Shown here: positions 35,455-45,342 of the stretch, piece after piece
Numbering within the stretch: the stretch's first letter is position 1
How the letters are laid out: the number at the start of each line of letters is the position of its first letter
IMG/VR virus record: IMGVR_UViG_3300025146_000015
Location: 1-60,672 of that record
Length of the DNA stretch: 60,672 nt
Reading direction: 5' to 3' (one strand)
DNA from: a virus
Lineage: Duplodnaviria; Caudoviricetes
The notes under the pieces: model-generated
Databases searched by the model: none
What the model saw: only the letters and a program-made list of their open reading frames with translations
Told to the model about the DNA's origin: nothing
Translations under genes and position numbers: made by a program

Positions 35455-36555
35455 TCACTGTCCTCCTGAGACTCGCTTGCTGACGAGTCGGTAGCTGGTC
35501 TTCCTGGTCACGGCGCCCGCGGTGTCGAGCGCCGCGTCAAGCTCTCGGACGGACGCCGCTCCTTGCCCTCTGGATGCCCGCTTCCGCACGATGTCCTCGG
35601 CTTTACTGAGACTGACGTCCACGCATTGCGCGAACTCCTTGTCGCCGAACCCATGTGATTCTAGCACTGGGAACGCCTTCAGGGGATCGAGTTCTCGCGG
35701 ATGCGTACCCTCGAGGGTGAGTCGGTGGTCGGATCCCACGACGTCGCCGGTGGCAACGACAAGGTCTCGGACCACTTGCTGCGCAGCCTTCGCGTACCGC
35801 TCGACCAACTTGGCCGTGTCGAGCAGGGAGATCACCTGATCGGGTGTCATGGCGGCGAGCTGATCCGCGGCGTTGCCAGGCACGAAGGCCTCGACGGAGC
35901 GACGCACCATCGCTCGCGCGGCCGGGCACGACGCCGTGCGCTGGCACCATTGGCAGTGCGATCCGGTGGTGTAGACTCCGTTCCAGTCGACGACCACCGA
36001 CGCCAGATCGTCAAGCCATTCGTGGGCCCCGCGCTGGCCCATCGTGTAGCTCTCGATCTCCTGGTCGCGGACCCACAGGAGCGTGCTGGTGACCTGCGTC
36101 AGTTCGGGGTGCTGGTATAGGACGAGGGACGCATACGTCTTCAGTTGCGCGGAGTAGTCGGAGTCTTTGCGGCCAAACTTCCAATCGCCTACGCGGGCGA
36201 TCGACCCACCGATCGACAGGATGTCGGCGTGCCCGGTGACGACGATGCCGCCGGTCTCGTAGCGCAGAGGGACCTCGGTCATCGCGTTCGGAAAGCTCTC
36301 CTCGACCTGTCGCCAAAGCTTGGTTGCAAGCGCGCAGAGAGTCCGGAGCTCCTTGTCTTCGGGCAAGGTGTCCCACGGGATGCTGCCGGTTTGGACGAGC
36401 ACTGCCGCTGCCGCGTGCGCCGCGGTGCCCATGTCGGCCGCGTTGCTGTCCTGGTCGATCAGTAGCTCGCTGGGCTCCGGGTAGAGGCTGCCGGCGCAGC
36501 GCATGATCTGCGGAGTCGCCGAGGCGCGAATGTGGATGGTGCGTGGTGTTTCCAT
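35455..36555 (-). CDS. PD-(D/E)XK exonuclease (DUF2800/Cas4-like)
   Basis: GTAAH, GHADIL, DWKFG, QLKTYA and CQWC...CP motifs. Confidence 0.8.
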   Translation of the reverse strand: METPRTIHIRASATPQIMRCAGSLYPEPSELLIDQDSNAADMGTAAHAAAAVLVQTGSIPWDTLPEDKELRTLCALATKLWRQVEESFPNAMTEVPLRYETGGIVVTGHADILSIGGSIARVGDWKFGRKDSDYSAQLKTYASLVLYQHPELTQVTSTLLWVRDQEIESYTMGQRGAHEWLDDLASVVVDWNGVYTTGSHCQWCQRTASCPAARAMVRRSVEAFVPGNAADQLAAMTPDQVISLLDTAKLVERYAKAAQQVVRDLVVATGDVVGSDHRLTLEGTHPRELDPLKAFPVLESHGFGDKEFAQCVDVSLSKAEDIVRKRASRGQGAASVRELDAALDTAGAVTRKTSYRLVSKRVSGGQ

Positions 36556-36579
36556 GCTTTCCCTCCTGTCCCTCCGACT

Positions 36580-36879
36580 TCACACCGGCGTGGTGTTCGT
36601 CGGATACGGATTCTCGCGACGGTGTTCAAACTGAAACAGCAGCAGCTCGGCCTCGCGAGTTCGCTCGAGTAGCTCCTCGACGCCGTCTTGGATGCCGCGC
36701 CTCCTGAGTTCGACGAGAGCGCCCATCAGCCCGGACTGCACGAGCAAGACGTCCGTCTTGATGTCGTCGTCGGTCTTGCGCTCGATCAGCCGCATTGCCC
36801 ACGGGCAGCCTGGGAGCGTGACGCTGCACCGAAGCGCCCAGTTGCGCGCACGTTGGGCCCAGGTCAGTTGAGTCGTCAT
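36580..36879 (-). CDS. hypothetical protein
   Basis: ATG overlapping the upstream stop (MTTQLTWAQ...). Confidence 0.45.
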   Translation of the reverse strand: MTTQLTWAQRARNWALRCSVTLPGCPWAMRLIERKTDDDIKTDVLLVQSGLMGALVELRRRGIQDGVEELLERTREAELLLFQFEHRRENPYPTNTTPV

Positions 36880-37165
36880 TTGGCGGCCCCCCGAATCTTG
36901 CTGCGTAGCGGCATTGCTGCCAACGCTTGCTCTAACTTCTGCCTGACCACCGACAGAGCCTCCCGCTTCGCAGCGGTGACTTCTCTGGATGAGAGACGAC
37001 AATCTCCAATGCCGATGCCGTGAGCATTAAGAACCCAAACGTCCGGAGGATAATCTGGACTACGAGTGACGACGACTCTGAGCCAGGCGAACACAGCTTC
37101 CCACGACCGTGGGGTGCGCGGTTGGGGCTCTGAGCGCATATAACACGTGATGTCGGCCCAGATTT

Positions 37166-37390
37166 TCACTTGTCCGCCCCGGGTTCGACATACGAATTCC
37201 GCGGCCACTGTGTGCTCAGGATGCTCGACCGCTTGATCGACTGGAGCTTCGTGAGACCATCCTGCGCCCGCGCGACGTCCAGAGGAGCGGACCACACGAA
37301 GTGATACAAGCTCTTCCCCTGGCGCTTGGCCTCGACCTCGAGCTCAGCGTGCTGCTCGTCGGTGTAGTGGAGCGTGATGGTTGGCATCAT
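37166..37390 (-). CDS. small putative ribbon-helix-helix-like protein
   Basis: PTITLHYTDEQHAELEVEAKRQGKSLYHFV pattern. Confidence 0.45.
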   Translation of the reverse strand: MMPTITLHYTDEQHAELEVEAKRQGKSLYHFVWSAPLDVARAQDGLTKLQSIKRSSILSTQWPRNSYVEPGADK

Positions 37391-37581
37391 GCCTCACTCA
37401 CGTAGTAGTCAGCCATCGGTCAGATCCTCCTGCATGAGTTGCACAGCGAAGGCGACACACAGACCACCGAGCGTCGGGTTGCCGACCGCGTACCACCATC
37501 CGGCGGCGTGACACCGCTGTTCGATGTCCTCGCGGACTCGGTCCAAGAGTGACAGCGGTTCGGTCCAACGGAGACGGAACA

Positions 37582-37824
37582 TCAGACGTCCCCTTCCTCG
37601 AGCTGGTAGATGGCCGCCCGAAGACAGCACTCTACACAGTCGCATCCGGGTGAACAGTCGACACGAGTTCCGATGAACTGCTCCGCCATCCGCGCGACGG
37701 TCTGGAGTCGAAGCAACCGCTGGGCGTTGCGGGCAGTCTCCACGTTCTGGGCGCGCACGCGTGCGATCGCCGCGTCGCGCTCTGCCTCGAGTTGCCGGGC
37801 GGCCTCGGAGAGGTAGCGGCTCAT
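37582..37824 (-). CDS. hypothetical protein with CxxxCxCxxC
   Basis: GAGGTG RBS; 80 aa. Confidence 0.5.
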   Translation of the reverse strand: MSRYLSEAARQLEAERDAAIARVRAQNVETARNAQRLLRLQTVARMAEQFIGTRVDCSPGCDCVECCLRAAIYQLEEGDV

Positions 37825-38283
37825 AACTCACCTCGGTCCAGCAGCTCGTTGACGGTCGGGTCGATGTCGTCCGGATCATCATCGTCGTTGGGGTCGTCGG
37901 GAGGGTCGCCGGTGAGCATGTTCGCGAGCATCTTGCCGATCGCGTCGTGAAGATGCATCGCTTGCTCCATCGTCGCGAACACCCGCAGGTCGTCGTCGAG
38001 GTCTAGGATCACGCCGTCCACCGGGTCTGCCCAGGCCTGCGGCTCCTGCTCCGGCGAGATGGTGACCTGGAGGCCTCCGGGGATCAGCACGACTCCGTCT
38101 CCCACGGTGGCGGGCACCGGTCGGTGTCTCGGGTGTCGCGCTCGGATGAGAGAATCGGTTGGTGGACGCCGTCGATCGTTGTCAGGCCTTGGCTCTCCTG
38201 CGGCCACGACTCGACCGTCTCGAGCGGGACTCCGAGGCGGGCGGCGACCGTCAGGACCTGGAGGCGGGCTGCCTGGGTGGCGG

Positions 38284-38577
38284 TCACAGCACCCCCCGGA
38301 GAGCACTCAGCCCCCGTTCCGCGCCCAGCATCCGGACCACGTCCAGTCGCACTTGCAGGCACGCTACGAGCTCGCGCGGCTCATGGTGAGGGCGCTCGCC
38401 GGCAACGTACCGAGCGACCGCTAATGCGGCGCCAGGGTTCTCGGCAACCCAAGCGTTGAGCCCGGGATCTTCCTCGCAGGCGTAGGCCAGCGCGGAGGCG
38501 GCGCGGATGTCGTCGTTTCGGACAGCGCTCCGCTTCGCGGGGCGGCAGGGGACGGGCTCGGGTGCTGCGTGGCTCAT
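38284..38577 (-). CDS. hypothetical protein
   Basis: GGAGG RBS; 97 aa. Confidence 0.5.
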   Translation of the reverse strand: MSHAAPEPVPCRPAKRSAVRNDDIRAASALAYACEEDPGLNAWVAENPGAALAVARYVAGERPHHEPRELVACLQVRLDVVRMLGAERGLSALRGVL

Positions 38578-38943
38578 CGGATGTGCCTCCCTTGGCTGTC
38601 TCGCTTGGCCGTGCCTTCAACGCGTTCGCGGGCCCGGCGCTGGCGGCGCGCCCGCTTCGACTCGTGCTTGTCGGTCGGGGTGAGTCTCATCGAGAGATCT
38701 CCGACCAGTGCAGGTCGACGAAATCCTTGGCTGCGCCTACGTCCGCCAGGTAACCGGAGTGATTGTCCGGATCTTTGGCGTATTCGCGAACGGCCTTGGC
38801 TGCCTCCAGGTCCTTGCCGGACCATTTGCCGCTCGTCAGACCCGCGATCCGGAGGGCATCCGTCGGATTGGCCTCGACCCAGATCTTAGGGTCGACGCAC
38901 ACGGATTTCAGGGCTTCAGCGGCGGTGGTCGCAGTAGCGGTGG

Positions 38944-39126
38944 TCACGCTGGCACCACTTCCCACTTCTGCTTGGCGCCGAACGTCAGGTTGTCCGTCGC
39001 GTCCCGGCTGGTGCCCTGTGCCCGCGAGTTCTTGCGGTCACCGATGCGCATCTTGCGGTAGGCCTCGGCCTCTGCAAGGCTCATCAGCATCGTGTAGCGT
39101 ATGCCATTGCACGTCACGATGTACAT
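38944..39126 (-). CDS. hypothetical protein
   Basis: 60 aa ORF in the packed leftward operon. Confidence 0.4.
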   Translation of the reverse strand: MYIVTCNGIRYTMLMSLAEAEAYRKMRIGDRKNSRAQGTSRDATDNLTFGAKQKWEVVPA

Positions 39127-39612
39127 GGATCACCCTGCGAAATGCTGGACCAGTCGAATGACTGCCCAGATGACTACGCCGGTCAGGGCCAGGCCCAGAA
39201 CGGTGCTGATTAGTGCGCCGATCCACGCGAGCGTAGCGACGCGGTTGAAGTCACGATCGAACTTGTCCACTGTGCCCTCCTAGTTGTTGGCTTACGCCGC
39301 TCGCTGAACGAGCGGGAACTGGTAAATCCTCGCCCCCCGCGGGGTCGGGTCGGGTAGCTGCGGGGGCTCACTCTCTCGTCCCTGCGGTCCCTGATACTGT
39401 TCGACAGTGACGGTCTCGATCATGATGATCGCGACTCGCACCGTCGTCTTGGTGCGCGACATCTGGTCCTCCTGTTGGTGGTATGGTGTGGGCCCCTCGA
39501 CCGCTCGAGCCGCCGCGTCCTGGCGCTGGTGCCAGCCAGCCGGTATCGGCGAGTCCCCAGGCATGGCGGTGGCGCTGGGTGAGCTCTGCGGGGTGCGGGG
39601 TGCCATCGCTTA

Positions 39613-39645
39613 AGTATGCGCGGCCGCATGTTTGCGGCAACGCAA
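39613..39645 (-). promoter_or_regulatory. PL/OL-like promoter with two tandem operators
   Basis: ATGCG-N4-CGCAT (39616-39629) and TTGCG-N4-CGCAA (39632-39645); minus strand TTGCCG-N16-CATACT. Confidence 0.7.
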
Positions 39646-39716
39646 AAACGACACGGCACCAAACTTAGGCCGCCAGACCGGACCTACACCGTCTTTTCAC
39701 GTGAAAATTCGTGGGG

Positions 39717-40064
39717 CTATTCGTCGGGCGGATTGCTCGACCTGGGCCTCGTCTCGGATTGCGGCTCCTCGTCATCGACGAAGGGAACCGGATCTGAGCT
39801 CGTGAGCCACCCGGGACGAACCCTCAAGGCTCGCTCGATGCTGATCAGGGTGGTGACGCGCATCCGTTCTAGACCGATGTACGAGAGGAGCCTCGACACG
39901 GTTGATTGCGCCAGTCCTGCGCGTTTCGCGAGGATCTCTTGGGACAGCTTGCGTCTGCGGCCAGCTTCGGCGACCCGTCGCGGCAGTGCCCAGAGCTCGT
40001 CCGGGATTCCTGGGGGCCGGCGTTTTGGTTCCAGCGCTGTGAGCTCTCTCGGTCTCGCGGGCAA
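39717..40064 (-). CDS. XRE-family HTH repressor (CI-like)
   Basis: RRKLSQEILAKRAGLAQSTVSRL...ALRVRPGWL; divergent from a cro-like gene; start uncertain. Confidence 0.75.
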   Translation of the reverse strand: MPARPRELTALEPKRRPPGIPDELWALPRRVAEAGRRRKLSQEILAKRAGLAQSTVSRLLSYIGLERMRVTTLISIERALRVRPGWLTSSDPVPFVDDEEPQSETRPRSSNPPDE

Positions 40065-40102
40065 GTCGGGCTCCCTCTCGGTGGTTCTAGGCGATCCTGT
40101 TT

Positions 40103-40135
40103 TTGCTTGCGCGCATGTTTGCGGCGGCGCATAGT
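40103..40135 (+). promoter_or_regulatory. PR/OR-like promoter with two tandem operators
   Basis: TTGCT-N4-CGCAT (40103-40116) and TTGCG-N4-CGCAT (40119-40132); TTGCGC-N17-CATAGT. Confidence 0.7.
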
Positions 40136-40142
40136 CCAGGCG

Positions 40143-40373
40143 ATGGACGAAAACAGAGGATCGCGCGCCCTGCGCTTGGCCTGCGCTGGCTGGGGCGCTC
40201 AGAAGCGCGTGTCAGAGCAGACCGGTATTCCCCAGAGCACGCTGAGCAAAATCATCAGCGGCCAACAGCCAGGCAGAAGGCATGCCGTATCGCTACAAGA
40301 GGAGCTGGCGATTGACCTCGCGTGGTGGGACGAGCCCGCCGAGTCGGAGAGTCCCGCAGGGGACGCCGCGTGA
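40143..40373 (+). CDS. Cro-like HTH protein (probably leaderless)
   Basis: AQKRVSEQTGIPQSTLSKIISG; ATG begins 7 nt after the -10 box. Confidence 0.75.
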   Translation: MDENRGSRALRLACAGWGAQKRVSEQTGIPQSTLSKIISGQQPGRRHAVSLQEELAIDLAWWDEPAESESPAGDAA

Positions 40374-40981
40374 CGCACCCGGTCGTCTCCTACGCTATTT
40401 TCGACGCCGCTGTAGTTGACTGGTGTTCCGCGCGGTCGATTCTGGTCCTTCCGATCCGACGGGTGGGGACGCCAACGAATCTGTACTGCGCGACGTCGAG
40501 CGGTGGGCTCGTCAAGTTCGGCGTGTCCAGGGACCCGGCGAAGCGCATCCTGGATCTGTCGAAGTCCACGCTGGGGGTAATCACCATTGCCTTCGTGGTA
40601 AGTGACGTTTTCGACGCCATAGAGCGCGATGTGCACGCGATGCTGGCGCCATGGAGAGAGAGCGGTGAATGGTACCGAGCGGTCCCCGCCGTCCAAGAAC
40701 TCGTTGAGCTTGTCCAGGGGAGAGCGGCTGGACAGAGGGAAATCAAGGCCCCTGCCGGTAGGTCTCGTGGATCTGTGGCCCTCGAACGGTTCCTGTCCGA
40801 CCACTCCTCCCATGAGGCGTGCCTTCGTGGAGTGGTGCACCGAACCCAGCTGTGGCGATACCTGAAGGGCAAAAGTCCCACGGTAGAACTGGCGGCACGG
40901 ATTCAGGATGCCACCGGAGGTGTCCTCCAGGCCAGTTGGTGGGGCCAGCCCGCCGACCTCGCCAACGGAGGCTCTCCGTGA
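40370..40981 (+). CDS. T5orf172/GIY-YIG-family domain fused to an HTH
   Basis: LVKFGVSRDPAKRI...ERDVH...GEWY; C-terminal VHRTQLWRYLKGKSP. Confidence 0.7.
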   Translation: MTHPVVSYAIFDAAVVDWCSARSILVLPIRRVGTPTNLYCATSSGGLVKFGVSRDPAKRILDLSKSTLGVITIAFVVSDVFDAIERDVHAMLAPWRESGEWYRAVPAVQELVELVQGRAAGQREIKAPAGRSRGSVALERFLSDHSSHEACLRGVVHRTQLWRYLKGKSPTVELAARIQDATGGVLQASWWGQPADLANGGSP

Positions 40982-41350
40982 CCCCGCTATCCGTCCCATC
41001 CGTCCTCGTCCTGACCTCGACGCACGACGCTTTGCTGACCGAGTTCGCCGAGGCCCGCGCGGCCCGGACCGGCGAGGATGTCGAGCGTGCACGCCGGGGC
41101 GTGGAACTCGACGCGCTGCGGGCTGGAATCGAGGAGCTGCAGGAGCTCGAAAGGCGAGAGTCATGAAACGAACCATCCCACAGGCGTTCGACGAATGGAT
41201 GCGCAGATACATCGAGGAACCCGAGCGATTTGCGCGAGAGTTCCAGGCTGTGCAGGAGTTCGTCGCGCAAGGCGGGATCGACGGAAGGGAGACGACCTAC
41301 GGCGCCGAGTGCGCCGCGTTACTCGATCAGTTGGTGAAGGGCGGTTGAGC

Positions 41351-41581
41351 ATGCTCGGCAAGCTGCGTCTCCTCCCGCCCCCGTCCACTGTCGATCGTCG
41401 GAGTCTCGAGGCTCAGGCCCGGGTGTCGTTCCGCCGCTGGCGCTGCACGGCCGGGCTCTCTCAGGAGCAAGCGGCGGCGTGGCTCGGGGTGTCGTCGGAC
41501 TCCGTCTCGGCATGGGAGCGGGGAGTCAAACGGCTGCCAGCGTGGGTGCTGGTGGCGATTCGATTGGAGGTGGCGGCGTGA
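41351..41581 (+). CDS. XRE-family HTH protein
   Basis: GLSQEQAAAWLGVSSDSVSAWERG. Confidence 0.75.
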   Translation: MLGKLRLLPPPSTVDRRSLEAQARVSFRRWRCTAGLSQEQAAAWLGVSSDSVSAWERGVKRLPAWVLVAIRLEVAA

Positions 41582-42270
41582 GCGACATCGTACGGTACCA
41601 AGAGCACGGCCTCGACCTGGCGTGCCGACTCGAGGACGGGCAAGCGTGGGTCACGATCGCCCAGCTGGCCGAGCTGTTCGGCGTCCACACAAGGACGGTC
41701 CGAGAGCACGTGGAGAACATCCTCAAGGACATGGAGCTGCCCGAGGCAGTTGTGAAGGATTTCCTCACCACTGCTTCTGACGGGAAAAACTACCAGATGC
41801 GCCACGTGACCCAGGACATGGCCTTGCACGTCGGCTACCGAGTCAGGTCAGAGCGCGGGGCCGACTTCCGGCGGTGGGCCACCGCGATCGTGAAGGGCGA
41901 GGCCCCGTCGCTGGCAATGCAGCCGGCCTCAGCAGCCCAGCAGGCCCTCGCCATGGCGCAAGCGCTGGTGGACATCGAGCAGCGCCAGCTGGCCCAGGAC
42001 AGTCGCCTCGTGCTGGTCGAACGGGCCCTGGAACAGCGGGGCATCCAGGACGCCGGGTTCGGCTACTACAGCGTGCTCGGCTGGTCGAAGCGCCGAGGGC
42101 TGAAGCTCGATGCGGTGAAGGCGACGAAGGTCGGAAAGCGCGCAACCGCGGTCTGCAAGGCGAACGGGTGGCACATCGGGAGCGTGGCGGATGCTCGATT
42201 CGGAAGCGTCCACACCTACCCTGAGGAGGCTTTGGACCTAGCCTGGTCGGAAATCGGGCGGTCAGCATGA
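41578..42270 (+). CDS. antirepressor-like protein with RhuM-type N-terminal domain
   Basis: WVTIAQLAELFG...TASDGKNY...VGYRVRSERGADFRRWAT. Confidence 0.75.
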   Translation: MSDIVRYQEHGLDLACRLEDGQAWVTIAQLAELFGVHTRTVREHVENILKDMELPEAVVKDFLTTASDGKNYQMRHVTQDMALHVGYRVRSERGADFRRWATAIVKGEAPSLAMQPASAAQQALAMAQALVDIEQRQLAQDSRLVLVERALEQRGIQDAGFGYYSVLGWSKRRGLKLDAVKATKVGKRATAVCKANGWHIGSVADARFGSVHTYPEEALDLAWSEIGRSA

Positions 42271-42627
42271 CTCAGGCGTGGGTGCTGGTGGCGACGAGGG
42301 AGGCGGCATGAACCGTTCGGAACGTAGATCAGCGATGGAACGCCGAGTTGGACTCGCTCCCCCAGAGGAATGCGAGGAGAGGGCATTCCTCCGGACGTTA
42401 CTCGAAGCAAGCGCATGCGGGCTACTGAAGGGCGGCGCCGAGCGTGAGTATCTCGAAGACATCCGCGACATGATCAACCTGCGGCTCGCGTTCATCGGTG
42501 AGAAATCATGAACATGAGGCCGGACGTGTCGATGTGCCCGCTGTTCGCGACGCTGCAGGTCGTGGCCGGGCTGAAGCAACCAGAAAAAAGCCGCCGGGAG
42601 TCAGCCGGCGGCAGGAAGGTAACCGAG

Positions 42628-43368
42628 ATGAGCAAGAGCATAGCACAGGACCGAGAGAACATCGTCGAGATTCAGGTCGATCGGCTGAAGGCGTGCAGAA
42701 TTCAGCCGAAGTCGCGCATGGACGAGCGGAGAATCATCGCGCTCCGGAAGAACATCGAGGGGGCAGGAAAGATCTACCAGACGCTCGTCGTCGTACCGTC
42801 AGGAACGAACACGTGGACCATCGCCGACGGCCACCGGCGCTGGGTGATAGCGAAGGCGCTTGGTTGGACCGCGGTGCCCTGTCGAGTGATCGACAATGGC
42901 ATTGCTGTTGAGACGCTCTTCATTCTGCTCAACGCCGACACGGCGCGTGTGACCGGAGCAGATTGGCTGACGGGATGGGCTCTAGCGAACAAGGCTGTTC
43001 GAGAGGAGCTTTTTGAGAAATATCCGAGGCGGGCGTCGACTATCAATCGGGCGATCGACGTCTATGGTGAACAGCGGCTGGTCGAACTTGGGAAGGGAAA
43101 CTGCAAGCTGGTCGACGGAGCCAGCATCCTGAAGAGCTATGATCCAGCGAGGGCATCGTGGGCGCTGAAGTTGCACTCGCGACTGAAGGAGTGGGCGACG
43201 GTGAAGGTCCCAACTCCTCGAGGTATCGGCGAAGTGTTGTTGCTGCCAAAGATGACAGGACTTGCGCAGGATTGGCTCAAGAATGTCACGCCGACGCAGA
43301 AGCGGGCCGACAAGATCGCCAACGCTTTGCGACGCAACTCCTTCCCAGTAGCGGACAAGTGGAGCTGA
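42628..43368 (+). CDS. ParB N-terminal-domain protein
   Basis: IADGHRRW motif; alternative start at 42508. Confidence 0.75.
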   Translation: MSKSIAQDRENIVEIQVDRLKACRIQPKSRMDERRIIALRKNIEGAGKIYQTLVVVPSGTNTWTIADGHRRWVIAKALGWTAVPCRVIDNGIAVETLFILLNADTARVTGADWLTGWALANKAVREELFEKYPRRASTINRAIDVYGEQRLVELGKGNCKLVDGASILKSYDPARASWALKLHSRLKEWATVKVPTPRGIGEVLLLPKMTGLAQDWLKNVTPTQKRADKIANALRRNSFPVADKWS

Positions 43369-43372
43369 CCCC

Positions 43373-44191
43373 GTGACGAGCTTCGAGATCACGAAAATCA
43401 GGGTCGATGAATCGCATCGACCTCTCGACGAGGCCACTCTTGAGGCGCTCGTGGACAGCATTCGTGAACTCGGCTTGCTCCACCCCATCGTCGTCGAGGC
43501 GGATGGCGGGAACGTGGTGCTCGTTGCCGGCAGGCACAGGCTCGAAGCCTGCCGGCGCCTGGGCCACAGGGCGATCGACGCGGTCAACATCTACGCCATG
43601 ATCTTGGATGACGACCCGTCAGAGGCCGAATGCCTCCGGCCGATCGTTGAAATTGAAGAGAACCTATGTCGGCTGAACGTCAAGGACCGCAAGGCAGCCA
43701 CGAAGCGTCTGCTTCAGGCGAAGCGGGCCCTGAAGTCCTACCGGGAGAAGAGGGCCGCCGCGAAGGCTTCCGAGCAAGCACAGGCCGAACCGCAGGTGGA
43801 GATTATCGAGACACCATGTCCGGAAACTCGCGGCCGCCCAACCAAGAAGTCCAGGAAGACACGGGAGTTTCCTGCCGCTTCAAAGGGCCGCCCCCGCAAC
43901 GCGGCCAAGGACGAGGTCGCCAAGACCATTGGCGTCACCCGGCGCACCGTCGACAGGGCGCTGCAGGAGGAGCCGGAGGCTCCGGAAGAACCGTCACTCC
44001 CGAAACGGTCGGCTCCAAAGCCTCCGAAGGCCAACCCAACCACGTCGCCTCCGAAGTCTCGTCTCATCGTCGAGACCTGCCAGCAGTCATGGCTACTGCT
44101 TCACCCGAAGGAACGTGAGAACTTCCGGATGGCCTACAAGATGATGACACGCGAAGAGCGCGCCGCGTTCTGGGCATGGGTGGCAGCGTGA
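43373..44191 (+). CDS. ParB/Spo0J-like protein
   Basis: SIRELGLLHPIVV, LVAGRHRLEA and EENLCR motifs; HTH VAKTIGVTRRTV. Confidence 0.8.
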   Translation: MTSFEITKIRVDESHRPLDEATLEALVDSIRELGLLHPIVVEADGGNVVLVAGRHRLEACRRLGHRAIDAVNIYAMILDDDPSEAECLRPIVEIEENLCRLNVKDRKAATKRLLQAKRALKSYREKRAAAKASEQAQAEPQVEIIETPCPETRGRPTKKSRKTREFPAASKGRPRNAAKDEVAKTIGVTRRTVDRALQEEPEAPEEPSLPKRSAPKPPKANPTTSPPKSRLIVETCQQSWLLLHPKERENFRMAYKMMTREERAAFWAWVAA

Positions 44192-44446
44192 CCCCCTTCC
44201 GCCGCCGCCCCGAGTCCGAGCAGGCCTGCTCCCACGAGCACTACCGCATCGTGGCGGTCCATACGGGTCAGGTCCCGCTCGAGGTCCACCGGTGCACCCA
44301 CCGACCCGGCTGCAAACACACCTGGCTGGTCGTCGGTGAGCAGCCGCCACGGTACCAGATCGCGATGATGGTGCGGCACGTTCTCAGGGCGAGGTGCGCA
44401 TGACGTTTTTTCTGTGGTGCACCGAGGCTCTGGCGAAGAGGCGCTC

Positions 44447-44956
44447 ATGACGGACCCCGAGGTCTACGACGTCGACGACGTGGCGCGCGCTCCGGACATG
44501 CTTGACGCGATTGTGAACATGACGCCTGACGATGCCGCCCAATACCTGAGATGCTCAAAGGGAGACGCCAAAGCTGGCATTCGCGAAGCTCGCAAGGCGG
44601 TTGGGCTGCCGATTGGTTTCCAGGGAATGACGCCTCCGCGCATCTGCATGGAGATCCTGGAGAGGGCGAAGCGTGGCCACATGAACAGGAGATCGGATCG
44701 GGTCTACGTTGTCCAGTGCGCCGCCAATGACCTGGGTCCAGTGAAGATAGGGTACTCAATGTACCAGATGGGGGAGCGCCTCAGATCAATGCAGACCGGG
44801 TGCCCCTACCCACTGGTAGCAATTCGCGAGCTTCCGGCAGACCGCGAGACAGAAGCGGATCTCCACGAACGGTTCGCCGAGTATCGCATGCATGGAGAAT
44901 GGTTCAGATGCGAGGAAGACGTGGCCTGGTTCGTATCGATCCTGAGGGACATGTGA
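44447..44956 (+). CDS. T5orf172/MUG113 GIY-YIG-family protein
   Basis: VYVVQ...VKIGYS...RLRSMQTGCPYPL...EADLHERF...GEWF. Confidence 0.8.
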   Translation: MTDPEVYDVDDVARAPDMLDAIVNMTPDDAAQYLRCSKGDAKAGIREARKAVGLPIGFQGMTPPRICMEILERAKRGHMNRRSDRVYVVQCAANDLGPVKIGYSMYQMGERLRSMQTGCPYPLVAIRELPADRETEADLHERFAEYRMHGEWFRCEEDVAWFVSILRDM

Positions 44957-45342
44957 TGCCCGAGTCCCTCTCCCCTCTCCGCACCCGTGGTGAAGCGGCA
45001 GCTTTTCTGCACGTCCACCCGTCGACCTTCGACCGGCGCATCCGTTCAGCTATCCAGCCTGTGCGGATCGGTGGCAGGGTCTTCTTTCACCAGGAAGACC
45101 TACAGGCATGGCTCGACCGACAGAGGGCTGGAAGCTCAGATGGAAAGGCGACCGCCCTGCGACTGTGCGGTTCACGGTCGACGGTCGAGAGCGCGAAGTC
45201 TCTACCGGTGAGCGGGAGCCTGCGCGAGCTGCGGAGGAAGCTGAGCGCATCTACGCCGCTGCGGTCTCCGGGAGGCTCCAGCGACGCCGGCGGGCGGCAC
45301 ATGGCGGGGTCAGCCTCGAGGGGGTCTTCACGTCATGGCTGA
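44956..45342 (+). CDS. excisionase-like winged HTH protein
   Basis: LRTRGEAAAFLHVHPSTF...VRIGGRVFFHQEDLQAWL; overlaps int. Confidence 0.7.
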   Translation: MPESLSPLRTRGEAAAFLHVHPSTFDRRIRSAIQPVRIGGRVFFHQEDLQAWLDRQRAGSSDGKATALRLCGSRSTVESAKSLPVSGSLRELRRKLSASTPLRSPGGSSDAGGRHMAGSASRGSSRHG

